A stretch of DNA of 64,000 nucleotides from assembly GCF_011745625.1 (NCBI RefSeq), contig NW_027191486.1, positions 124,001 through 188,000 of the forward strand. Direction: 5' to 3'. Shown one piece after another: positions 10,329 to 20,359 of this stretch. The notes under the pieces were generated by a model. That model saw only the letters and a list, made by a program, of their open reading frames with translations, did not search any database and had not been told where the DNA came from. Each line of letters starts with the position of its first letter. Position 1 is the stretch's first letter. Origin of the DNA: Cladosporium halotolerans. Taxonomy: Eukaryota. The translations under genes and the position numbers were made by a program.

Positions 10329-11584
10329 CTACTTCAGCGCTGCCTTGACTGCAGGCACCTCTTCGTCGAGGGGCAGAATGTCCGGGACCGGACCAACCGG
10401 CGTGATCGAGAATGGGTTGATCTGGCGGTGGCTCTTGGTGTAGTGCTTCTTGATGTGGGTGAACTCGGTCGTGCTGCCAAAGGCTTCGTGGTTCCAGTAG
10501 AGGTTACGGACCCACCTGAGTTTTGTTAGTGTCTTTCGCACACAAGTTCCGTGGGATTGCAGGCTTACTTGTGAAGGTTGGGGTATCCGCTGCGAATGTC
10601 GCGGAGGTTGCACTTGAAGTGTTGCACGTAGACAGGGTCGAAGCGGATGATTGTCGTGTAGAGACGCACGTCTGCCTCGGTCAAGCGGTCGCCGAAGTAG
10701 AATGGGCCGCTTGACTTTGCAAGGTCGGCCTCTGCGCGGTCGAGCGAAGTAAAGAGCTGCTTGACGGCCGTCTCGTATGCGTCTTGGCTCCTGCATGCTT
10801 ATCAGTATGTAAAGATGGTGTTAGCGCTTGAGTCAGGCTTACGATGCGAAACCAGACTTGTATACGCCGTTGTTGATGTCGTGGTAAGTCCACTCGTTCG
10901 TCTCCTCAATCTTGGGCTTCAAATCCTCAGGCAGGAGATCGACGTTCTTGTACTTCTCCGGAAGGAGATGGTCAAATTCGGTGTAGAACATGCGGATGAT
11001 CTCACTCGACTCGTTGCTGACAATGGTGTTCTGCTTCTTGTCGTAGAGCGTGGGGACCGTGAAGCGACCTTCGTAGTCCTTGTTTACACTGAAGTAAATG
11101 TTACGCAGGTGCGTGAAGCCCTCGTGGACCGGATCCGCCTCAACGTGCTCGCCCGGCTCGTTGTCTTCCGAAGTGGCGAAACGCCATCCCTTCTCAAGCA
11201 TCTCCCAGTGCACTGAGGTGTACGAAATGAAATCTTCGAGGCCCTTGAGTTTGCGAACAATGAGTGCGCGGTGAGCTGATGAGCTGGTTAGCGGCTGCCA
11301 AAAATGCCTTTCCACGGCGTTGTTGGCTTACCCCAAGGGCATGCATATGAGACGTAAAGATGGTAGCGACCCTTCTCCGCCGGGAACTTTGCATCAGGTT
11401 TGCTCGAAATGAAATCCCTAAAGACCGACTGCTGGCGTTTGAACTCGCCGGTCGACTTGTCCGCCCAAGACAAAATGCCGCTGGTCTTGTCCATTGCTGC
11501 TGGTGTTGAAGTGAATTGCCTCGTGAAGAGCTTTGGCGTTATTTGATTTTGCAGCAGACCGAAGCGCGCTACAGATCTGAACAT
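10329..11584 (-). CDS. ECM4: Omega-class glutathione S-transferase / glutathionyl-hydroquinone reductase (ECM4-like); introns 11276-11331, 10791-10842, 10516-10568
   Basis: [75 protein letters not shown]. Confidence 0.93.
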
Positions 11585-11809
11585 ATGGTGTTTCTGCTGT
11601 GTATCTCGTTGGCAACAGCAGTAGACGTGATATAAGAACGTAGCTGGCCGGAGCTCACAATGAAGCTATGATGAGGTGTGCGTGAAACGCTGACCTCATC
11701 CTTAGAATTCTCCGCTAATTTGTTTGTCATACAGGAATTGCAGCTAATTTGCCATCATTAACATCACCCACGGGATCGCTAACCTGCCATGCCGACAAAA
11801 AGCTGTTTA

Positions 11810-14800
11810 CTAAGACTGGACGCGATGCAGAACATGCGGCGGCAAGCTCATCGGTGGCACATCAACATCAGAGTTCGCAGCCAGTGCCGCGCTGGTGAAT
11901 GGACTCGGCGCTGGCGCCTTGGGTTTGCGAGCCTCATCATAGATCGACTTCAAACCCTTCTCGTCTTTGCAGAAGAGTTTAAAAGTTTTCACCACGTCGT
12001 CCGCAAAGACACTTCCAGACTGCTTCCCAGCTGAGCTAGATCGGAGTACGCCCAAACGATTGGGTAAGATGAGGAAATCGTACTTCGGATCCTCCGAGAT
12101 CTGGGCCAAAACAAGGCCAGACTTGTGGATGAACTGGGTCATCTCATAGTCCGGTCGGCCCCAAGAGTAAGTGATGTCGAGTTTGGAAGAGAAGCTGGAC
12201 GCGGACTCTAGATCAAGCACGAAGCCAGCTTTGCGCAACAGTGCCTTGTGATAGTGTGCAGGGTCTTCAAAACTCCGCGAGATCGGTGACAGAGCGGAGA
12301 GGTATGGCGTAGCGGGAGCTCTATCTGGAGGCCTGATCGCCAACTGTACATGCTGTGGCTTGTCGAAAGGGTGCGTAAGATACTGCTTGCTCGCTTCCGC
12401 GATTGGTACCTGTACCAACTTTAAGCCATGGGTTTCTGCCAGAGAAGTCCATCTGTTCAGAGCTTCGCGGATCAATCTTGGAGTGGTTGCCAGCCAATCG
12501 AGATACACATGGTAGCAGTTTTCAGGGTTGTGAATTCGATCTGTGGAAACTATCAGTGCTGCCTTGAGTTGTGTGTGTAGCTCAGAATTACCGAAATGTA
12601 GATTGATGATCTCCGGACGTGTTGATTTGTACGACGGATCAACATTGTACTGCAACATCTGACTCAATGCGATCTGTTTCTTTTCCGTAGGAGCAACAAG
12701 AGGCGTGCCTTTGCTCGACGAATCAGAATCTGGCACCAAAGGCCTTGAGAGCGGCGAGTAACGAGACTCTGATATTGGTGTAGGAGGTACGGATATCCCG
12801 AGCGACTTTGTGAAGAAGCCTGCAGTGTCCGGATACTCAGTCGTGCGGTAGTTCCCAGCGATCTGGTAGAAGTAGTTGCCGTCTCGGAACTCATGCTTGT
12901 GCCGTACGTGAGTGAAAATACCACGATTCATAAGCTCATTGCCCATTTCGACAGCCTCTTCGCGAGTATGAAGGTCCTTGAACACGCCAAGCAACCAATT
13001 GGTCATCTCGTCGCCACGAAAGCATTTCAAATGCATACGCGTGAACCACCTGCGGTCTCTGACTTCAACACCGAGCGGCGGGGCTTCCTGCATCTGTCTC
13101 ACCAACTTCATAATGTCGAAGTTGCTGCTGTGATACATTTCGGATTCTGCAAATAATGGCGTCGTAGCTTCAGTGTCGGCAAGATGGCCTGTCAAGCTAG
13201 TATCCTGAGTGTTCAGAACAGCGCTTGTGTCTCTCGTCTGATATTCAATAGCCAGTGGATTGGGATCGCGGTCGCTCACAGTCTTCAAGGTTTTCGGCTT
13301 GGCTAGAGACGCCTGATGGCTCTTGTCTTCTAAAGTCACGAGACGGTGTCGTTGCCAAAGTTGTGTAAGCTTTTGGATACCATCAATCCGCTTCTCCTCG
13401 TCGGACAGGTCGCGCGACCTTATAGTACCGCTACCTGCGTCTGCTCTTGTGGCAGGATCTGCAGGTAAAAGAACAAACCTCATTTGAGACGCGCCAGAGA
13501 CAGGCAGACTTGTGGTATCGTTCACCAGCGCCTGATCCAAAACTGCCCAATCCAAATCTTGAAGGTCTGTTTGAGTGTCTACCACAGCTCTTAAGCCACC
13601 TAAGCGCGGATTGTATTCCTGCTTCATGCCATCTGCAGTCGATGGAACAAGCTCGTCATGAGTGTTAGGGTGGAATTCGATGACTTGAAGCTCTAGACTC
13701 GACACAATCTCAATTTCGTGGTAGAGGGTGCCAACTGACATTAGTATCGGTCCCTTCAAAGACATCAGATCCTCTGTTCCTATCTTCGTTGACTTTGTGA
13801 CCAATTGGAAGCCTCGAGCCAATCGAAGTGATATAAGCCTATGCATGAGACCGGTGGATTCGTCTGGGCTGTCTGTCAAACCGGACAATATAAGGCGACG
13901 CAACTTGTGGTCGTAGTGTTTGTCAAGCTCTCTGGAAGTTGGAGCAAAATCTGTCGAAATGGGCAGTGACGCCGGCGCGCCCATAGAGTCCCATTTGAAA
14001 GACCCTGAGTCTATGGTCTTCGGAAATACATGATGCCACTTCCGATATTGGCTAGCGATCCGCATATTGTCCCTTTTAGGATTGCAGGGATTGACAAGTG
14101 TAAGCCACGGTGTTAGGGCTTGCTGAGCAAGTTCTTTGGCTTCCAGTCCTGGCAACGTGCTCTGTGATGCAAAAGGCCTTGGTGTCTTCGACAGCAATTC
14201 CGGAGATGCCTTGGACGGAGATAACTCTTCCCTTGGAGGATCGGCGCCTGATTCATCACCTGATTTGCCCGTCTCGTCGATAGCAGACATTGAGCCGTTT
14301 TGTATTTCAACCGGCTTTGTGTTCCTAGGCTGCTCTGACCCGGGTTGGGAGGTCAAACTTTGCTGGGAGTTCTTCCTGGCCAAAGACTGCCGTATCTGCT
14401 TTGCCAGGCCGCTCGAAGCCTCGTTCGGCGTGAAGGATGTAGGATGTATGTCTTTACCGTGACTCGCATACTCAGTGGAGATGGTGGTGCTGGCTGTGCC
14501 CGTGATAGGTGCTAGTCCTCGCGGGCCAAGACTAATCTTCCTACTAGATTGCAGGAGAAGGTGTGCAGAGCCTTCCCGTTTCAGTCTCGGAAAGGTGCCA
14601 CTAGCTTTGGAAGTGACGGATTTTGCCGCGTCTTCGCTCAGCGTGCGATCTGGAAGAGAGGCCCTGCTAGGGTTGGCGTTCGCTCGTAAGGTTTTGAGAT
14701 TTGAAGGAGCAATATCCTGCTTGAGGTCTACCTGCTCACTGTTCGTAGTCGTATCTCCTGAGCAGAACGTCATGTCATCAAATTTTGACATCAAGCTTGT

Positions 14801-16030
14801 ACTCGAGGGAAATGGTAAGCGCTCAGTCTCTAACTTGAGTGGTGCGATGCCCACATTCAAGATCTCTTCCGCCTCAGGTAGCAACCATCTCGAGTCGCTG
14901 CTTTTGTTTCCCCAATAGGAGACATCTGCCCAATGTGGTAATGCGTATTCGATCTGCTGGCCAATTTTGTACTTGAACAACGGTACTGGGTGCAAGGGTT
15001 TCGGAGACAGCGCCACTATGTCTACTCCGATACTGTTTCCAAGCAGAAGATTTGTCGTCTGCTTAAGCAGACTGTGGTCGCTATCAAAATAGCCGGTGCC
15101 CGCCGTTATAGCAACAATAGATATGCCGGTGTTTGATAGATGTGGGTCCATGTTGTCGTTGACCACGTCTAACGCAGCGGTATAGATAGCCTCCAACAGA
15201 TTTCCTCGCCGAGCGAGTGTGACTTGCCTAGGAAGGCGAGAGCTGTTGAAGACATATCTCAGAGTCTGCAATGTCATTCGCCAATCAGAGCCTGGGATAT
15301 CTTCACACACAACGTGAAAGAAGTCATCCTGCCCGTACTTCGTAGAGGGCTGAGACGCATCGCCGATACTTCTGCCGAAGAGTATCAGCGAAAAGTGGTG
15401 ACGCATTTTCAGCGTCTCCCACCGTGAAAACAGTTCGGTCAGATAGCCTTCTATCAGGTTCTCGTACATCAGGTGGCCTTCTGACCAGAGCTCCAACATC
15501 TCTCGCGAGACCTGAATGAGGATAGTAAATCTAGCACTTCCACTTCGAAAGATTGGCTTTGTCGTCGGTTGTCTGACAAGTGCAGAATCGGCTTCTTTTC
15601 CATCAATGTAGATCGTCCGCGCGATTGCGGTGTTCGACCCCATGAACTTGATCTCTTGATTTCGGTAGATCACTCCGCGATCCATAGATCTCGTCATCTG
15701 CCACATATCCGCGCGAGAAAGACAAATGTCGCGGAAGAAGAATTCCACGTGGTTGGCAGTAGCTTCCTGGTCATCATCGAGAACGGTGAGGGTCGCGGAC
15801 ATGCGATTCTCAAATAAAAAGCGTTCGCCCAGGGTGACATGTAACGAAATCTCCCTTGATGCTACGGCGCGTTGCTTGGACAAAACATGGATGGGCATGG
15901 CGTTTTTGGCATTCAAAATGCCCACCTTGCCTTCCGGTAGGATTTCTGTGCCGCAAAGCACATCTTCTTGCGACACTCGATCATCGTGCAAGACGACCGT
16001 GCATGGTCGGTCGGTTTTACCCGCAGCCAT
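11810..16030 (-). CDS. IML1: Vacuolar membrane-associated protein IML1 (SEA/GATOR1 subunit, DEPDC5 homolog); probable intron 12541-12591
   Basis: TKPIFRSGSARF.ILIQ.S.EM, GNLLEAI, SKPLHPVPLF-like motif, DEP domain (RDRRW..RMHLKCFRGDEM..WL, H.FRDGNYFY), DRIHNPENCYH. Confidence 0.93.
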   Translation of the reverse strand: MAAGKTDRPCTVVLHDDRVSQEDVLCGTEILPEGKVGILNAKNAMPIHVLSKQRAVASREISLHVTLGERFLFENRMSATLTVLDDDQEATANHVEFFFRDICLSRADMWQMTRSMDRGVIYRNQEIKFMGSNTAIARTIYIDGKEADSALVRQPTTKPIFRSGSARFTILIQVSREMLELWSEGHLMYENLIEGYLTELFSRWETLKMRHHFSLILFGRSIGDASQPSTKYGQDDFFHVVCEDIPGSDWRMTLQTLRYVFNSSRLPRQVTLARRGNLLEAIYTAALDVVNDNMDPHLSNTGISIVAITAGTGYFDSDHSLLKQTTNLLLGNSIGVDIVALSPKPLHPVPLFKYKIGQQIEYALPHWADVSYWGNKSSDSRWLLPEAEEILNVGIAPLKLETERLPFPSSTSLMSKFDDMTFCSGDTTTNSEQVDLKQDIAPSNLKTLRANANPSRASLPDRTLSEDAAKSVTSKASGTFPRLKREGSAHLLLQSSRKISLGPRGLAPITGTASTTISTEYASHGKDIHPTSFTPNEASSGLAKQIRQSLARKNSQQSLTSQPGSEQPRNTKPVEIQNGSMSAIDETGKSGDESGADPPREELSPSKASPELLSKTPRPFASQSTLPGLEAKELAQQALTPWLTLVNPCNPKRDNMRIASQYRKWHHVFPKTIDSGSFKWDSMGAPASLPISTDFAPTSRELDKHYDHKLRRLILSGLTDSPDESTGLMHRLISLRLARGFQLVTKSTKIGTEDLMSLKGPILMSVGTLYHEIEIVSSLELQVIEFHPNTHDELVPSTADGMKQEYNPRLGGLRAVVDTQTDLQDLDWAVLDQALVNDTTSLPVSGASQMRFVLLPADPATRADAGSGTIRSRDLSDEEKRIDGIQKLTQLWQRHRLVTLEDKSHQASLAKPKTLKTVSDRDPNPLAIEYQTRDTSAVLNTQDTSLTGHLADTEATTPLFAESEMYHSSNFDIMKLVRQMQEAPPLGVEVRDRRWFTRMHLKCFRGDEMTNWLLGVFKDLHTREEAVEMGNELMNRGIFTHVRHKHEFRDGNYFYQIAGNYRTTEYPDTAGFFTKSLGISVPPTPISESRYSPLSRPLVPDSDSSSKGTPLVAPTEKKQIALSQMLQYNVDPSYKSTRPEIINLHFGNSELHTQLKAALIVSTDRIHNPENCYHVYLDWLATTPRLIREALNRWTSLAETHGLKLVQVPIAEASKQYLTHPFDKPQHVQLAIRPPDRAPATPYLSALSPISRSFEDPAHYHKALLRKAGFVLDLESASSFSSKLDITYSWGRPDYEMTQFIHKSGLVLAQISEDPKYDFLILPNRLGVLRSSSAGKQSGSVFADDVVKTFKLFCKDEKGLKSIYDEARKPKAPAPSPFTSAALAANSDVDVPPMSLPPHVLHRVQS

Positions 16031-16464
16031 CGCGACAGAGGAATCCAGTCTCGAGCCAGTGCAGCCAATTATCAAGTCTCATAGTTTGTCGATGGAGATT
16101 TCCCTGTTATCTTCGGACAGTGGCATGATGGTCGGTCTGATAATTCTTGAGACGTCCAATGGTGGGCATTGCTCAGATTCGCATTTGACCGAGAATTAAC
16201 GCAATGCTCAGGTATTCATACGGTGACCTTCAGCGCGCATCCAAATGCATAGTGAGGGACCATTCTTGCCTTCTGAATCGAGTGAGGTCTCGAGACTGTG
16301 GTCATGAATACAAGGCCTGAATGGAAGGTGCTCTCAGTGACCGCAGCGGCGGCAGAGTCGCCGCGACGCTTTGACCGGCTCTCAGCTGGGGCTGGGGTTG
16401 AATGCGACAGGAGCACTGATCACATGCACCGAACGTGAGGGGTGCATCAAAGACATTGATAGCA

Positions 16465-17136
16465 ATGCACGCGATAACAAGCATAGTGGCCTTGGGCTTT
16501 ATTGCCTACGCGCAGGCACACGGTGGACACGACCAGCAACCCGTGGCAGCTGATGCGGACTGGGCCACCCGGCACATGGCTGGTGAGTGCGAGCGACCTT
16601 GATGGCATTACCTAGTACTGCGGCAAAAATGAATCTGACGAAACATTCCAGAGGAGCATCACATCAGCTCTTTCGACGCCGGCTCTTTCTTCAACCTCCA
16701 TGACTATGACAGCAGCAACCAGTGGTCGCGCGACGACATCCTTAAGACATACGGCCTCAAAGACGAGTCCACAAGGCACATTAGCACACAGCAAAAGGAA
16801 GACGCCGTGAACAAGGTCCTCGATCTCTTCGACTCGGACCGCAGCGGCACCATCTCCTATGCAGAGTACACTGTAGGTGTTGCCAAAGGCCTCACACTTC
16901 CCGACTTCGGCTTCGGCCCCGGACACCACGGTGACGACGAGTACGAATACGAAATCCACCACTGGGAGAAATACCATGACGAAAACACGAGGGAAGAGGA
17001 CTTGACACACCCCGAGGACATCGAGCACTTCCGCAAGCACGAGCAGATGGAGGCGCAGCAGGAGAGACAGGAGCAGATGGACCGCATGCCAATCGTTGAA
17101 GCCAACATCCCCATGAAGTTTCGCCGCAGCGGATAA
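16465..17136 (+). CDS. SSP120: Secretory-pathway EF-hand protein SSP120; intron 16583-16651
   Basis: Signal peptide MHAITSIVALGFIAYAQA, DWATRHMAEEHHI, FF.LHDYD, EF-hand DSDRSGTIS..E, LPDFGFGPGHHGDDEYEYEIHHWEKYH, HPEDIEHF, NIPMKF. Confidence 0.92.
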
Positions 17137-17146
17137 GGACGCCGCA

Positions 17147-17362
17147 ATGGATATGAATACGCAAGACCTTATGAGACGGCTTGAAGACGTGGAAGCGGCA
17201 GAGATCCGCTACGATCGGGCATGGTTCTGGGTGACATGCTCGATCGTGTGGTCGTGGTATGCTTTCTGGAATATGGCAGACAACTACGCGGACTCGCCGT
17301 ACACGCACGTCATATCGTGGGCATGTATCGGTATCGCCTTCTGGTTCGCGCGGAACTTTTGA
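17147..17362 (+). CDS. Putative 71-aa small membrane protein (downstream ORF of SSP120)
   Basis: ATG in GCAATGG context 10 nt after the SSP120 TAA. Charged helical N-terminus, then two Trp/aromatic hydrophobic segments. No family recognised. Confidence 0.45.
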   Translation: MDMNTQDLMRRLEDVEAAEIRYDRAWFWVTCSIVWSWYAFWNMADNYADSPYTHVISWACIGIAFWFARNF

Positions 17363-17415
17363 TGTATGAACGCTTGTATAATAATACAATAGTGTGAAGA
17401 TTGAAGCTACGCCTC

Positions 17416-18525
17416 TCATGAAACTTGACGAGGCGGTATATATATGTCCAATACTACATGATAAACGCCAGGAGCGTAAGTCTTGACACGGTTGATGCAC
17501 TCAAGCGCTACTTTCTGCCCTTTGCTTCCAGTAAGACTATCCAGCAGTTGTTGGAACTCAAGTCGGGCCTCCTCACTTTTTTGTTCGATTTCTCGCTGAT
17601 CGAAGTTCTCATGCACATGGACCCATCCGCCCCTTTCTGGAGAAAGGGCTAGGAAAGCAGTCTTCCAGCTATGTCTCGATGTTGGCAGTAAGCCGCAGTT
17701 TACATGCCGTATCGGCGGTAGGTGCTCCCTCATCGCTTCGATCTTTGCCGTAGCATGCTCGTTTGACTCATTGAAGATTATGCATCTGCTGTCGCTCTTC
17801 GCCAAATCAATAGGGCTCGGCTGGTCAGTCGAAGAGACGGACCGCCACTTGTTTGCAGAAGCACCTCGTCGAAGCCCTTCGGTACTCCATGGGTTGAGGT
17901 CCCAGCAAAGCACCTTGTTGAACCCAGCTTTGAGATATGAGAACGTAAAGTAGCCAATGCCCGCGTAAAGGTCGACAGCCGCACAGCCTCTCGCATCATC
18001 ATCGCCTTCAATTACTGATGTCTTGACGGATTGTAGCTCAAGGATTCTTTGCTTCTCGCTGATGTTTCCTCTCGAGAACATGGTCCATCTCGGCGCCCAT
18101 GTCTGAGAAATGCCATTTTGCTTCGCGGTCACCCAGTACGCTGACGCGAAGTCTTCCTGGCTTAGTGGATATGAACAGGTACTTGGGCCAAAATCTCCAA
18201 AGAGTGGTGTGAAATTGCTTGGTGCTCGGATAATGTTTTCTGATTCTTCAGCGTCATCGTGCAAGGGTATTGGCCGTGTACAGGCGATATGAGAGATTTT
18301 TAGGTGCTTAGCGATGCAGTTGTAGAGGTTATGAACAGTCTCATGATCCTGATATGTGGCTGCTGTCCATTGTTCTGAGTCCAGTAATGATGGCGGCAAT
18401 ATGAGCATCGAGCCGTACAGTGTGTAAGACTTTCCGAGCTGCTTCGAGAAGTTGCTGACAGTGTCTTCAGATGGAGGCTCTTCTTGTTCCTTGGCCCACT
18501 GCAATACTGCACGATTCATAGCCAT
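17416..18525 (-). CDS. TRM12: tRNA wybutosine-synthesizing protein 2 (SAM-dependent)
   Basis: WVTAKQNGI.QTWAPRWTMFSRGNISEK.R, AVDLYAGIGYF, HVNCGLLPTS, HVHEN, VKTYAPGV.H.V.D. Start position uncertain. Confidence 0.9.
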   Translation of the reverse strand: MAMNRAVLQWAKEQEEPPSEDTVSNFSKQLGKSYTLYGSMLILPPSLLDSEQWTAATYQDHETVHNLYNCIAKHLKISHIACTRPIPLHDDAEESENIIRAPSNFTPLFGDFGPSTCSYPLSQEDFASAYWVTAKQNGISQTWAPRWTMFSRGNISEKQRILELQSVKTSVIEGDDDARGCAAVDLYAGIGYFTFSYLKAGFNKVLCWDLNPWSTEGLRRGASANKWRSVSSTDQPSPIDLAKSDSRCIIFNESNEHATAKIEAMREHLPPIRHVNCGLLPTSRHSWKTAFLALSPERGGWVHVHENFDQREIEQKSEEARLEFQQLLDSLTGSKGQKVALECINRVKTYAPGVYHVVLDIYIPPRQVS

Positions 18526-18904
18526 TTTTGCTGGGTATTGCGGGGATTGTCGAATACAACAGTGTCGTTCGCGTTGGATCTCACGTTGATGATCTTGTAC
18601 AAGGTAGGCGGGCCAAAAAGTCAAGACGACCAGCGGGCGTCGAGAACGATCTGGGAAGCCTCATGAACACACCACTTTATAAATACATGCATTATGTTGA
18701 CAACCAAAATCGAGCCGACTATAACACAAGACGGTCCATTTCTGTCGGCATTTGCACGCTAAGCTACAGAGGATGTTGCGATAGTATCGTCACGTATAAT
18801 ACCAGAATCATTTCGACGAGCAGTATGCCATTTGCCCTGGTAGGATAAAAACGATGCGAGTGCACACTTTTCGAAGTAGAACTATGTTTTTGATACACAA
18901 GCAT

Positions 18905-19897
18905 TTAGAAGATCATGCTCAAAGTCTTCTTGACGTCCGGTTGTTGGGCATCTTTGCTCCTTGAAGCCGAACCCTGTGCCTTCGCCTGCTTGAATTCTCT
19001 CTCCGGCTTCTTCGTAGACATTGCACCACCCTTAGCTTTTCTCTTCGTCTCCATGCCTTCCAAAGCCTTTCCACGCTCAATATCCTCCACGAACGCCTTG
19101 TTCTCTTTCCTTGTCCTGCGGATCTCTTCCCTCATTCTGGCCTCGCGCTCCGCATTCTCTGCTGCGATTTGCTCCGTCAAATGACTCCACTTGAAACCCT
19201 TGAGATACTTCATATTCCACAGGTCGTCATGGTAGTAGTTGCCCTTCTTTCCACCAACAATGTTTCCGTTCAGGACCGCAGCAGCATTTTTCGCGTCGGT
19301 CTTGGAGACAAACTCAACCCAGCCGTCTGTGAAACTTTTCTTTTTATTTCCGCCCGACTTTTTGCGCTGCAGATAGCGCGCGTGGTCCTCGGGTGTGAGG
19401 AATACACGTCCGAGACCTTTTGGCGCATGCTGTTCCAAGTAATGCTTGAGAGTATGCGGTTTCATGAAAGGTGGTACTCGAGATATGTACACCACACCAC
19501 TTTTCCTCGCAGCCTTCTCGGCCCTCAGTACGCTTTTCGGCGCATTTCGTGCTGATTTGTCGGCGGGTTGCGCAAGATCATCCTCCGGCGCATCTTCTGG
19601 CTCATCTTCGTTGTCCTCCCCAGCCTCTGCCTGCTCATCCTCTTCGAAGTCCTGGAATTTGTCGAACCTAGAATCCTTCTGTGCTGGCTTCGATGTCGCA
19701 TTCGCCTTACTCGGAGCATCTACCTCATCTTCGGAAACGGAATCCTCGTCGTCGTTGCGATCGACTTTGCGCCTCTTTGCATTGCGGCCAGCGATAGCTC
19801 CCCTGCTCTCCTCTAGCGCATCTGACTGGTAGCCATCAGACGCCTCGTTGTCACTCTCGTCGACGTCGAGAAAGTCATTGCGTTTTCGTGTAGACAT
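18905..19897 (-). CDS. ESF2: Pre-rRNA-processing protein ESF2 (ABT1 family)
   Basis: GVVYISRVPPFMKP, GGNKKK.FTDGWVEF, GGKKG.YYHDDLWN.KYL.GFKW.HLTEQIA; acidic N-terminus. Confidence 0.95.
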   Translation of the reverse strand: MSTRKRNDFLDVDESDNEASDGYQSDALEESRGAIAGRNAKRRKVDRNDDEDSVSEDEVDAPSKANATSKPAQKDSRFDKFQDFEEDEQAEAGEDNEDEPEDAPEDDLAQPADKSARNAPKSVLRAEKAARKSGVVYISRVPPFMKPHTLKHYLEQHAPKGLGRVFLTPEDHARYLQRKKSGGNKKKSFTDGWVEFVSKTDAKNAAAVLNGNIVGGKKGNYYHDDLWNMKYLKGFKWSHLTEQIAAENAEREARMREEIRRTRKENKAFVEDIERGKALEGMETKRKAKGGAMSTKKPEREFKQAKAQGSASRSKDAQQPDVKKTLSMIF

Positions 19898-20359
19898 TTT
19901 GCGATATGGGTTTCAAGGAAATGGCTGAGATGGAAGTTCTAGAGCACGGGAAATGTTCGAGCGCGGAACTCTTCCGGATCGGCGTGAAGCTGGAAGGGTC
20001 CATGGAATTCAGGGCCGCATTTGATTGATGCATTGATTGATCGTTCTACTAAGCCGAGGTATTCATCTTAATCTTCGACGAAATCGCGATGCGTATCCCC
20101 ATTTCGACATTCGTCAGGAGTAACTTCACTCTCACTCCTACTGTGTCGTCCAAGCCACAAAACGTCAGAAGATATCAGCAAGGCATTGATTGCCGAAGAG
20201 CCTCCCGACTTTTAAGCCGATCAGCCCCGCTTTCGCAGAGCCGCACCGGCATCCCGCATTGATGAAGTCACACAGGAAGTGATAGAGTGCGCATGTCACA
20301 AGCCGCTGCTCTGCGCTCTTCGCCTATGTACTCATATACATCCATGCCGCTGCAGAGAA

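Noticed and set aside
11660..11700. Hammerhead ribozyme, SECIS or snoRNA reading of TGATGAG...GAAAC
   Set aside because: It lacks the CUGANGA core with three stems, the C/D spacing is too short, and no selenoprotein context is present.
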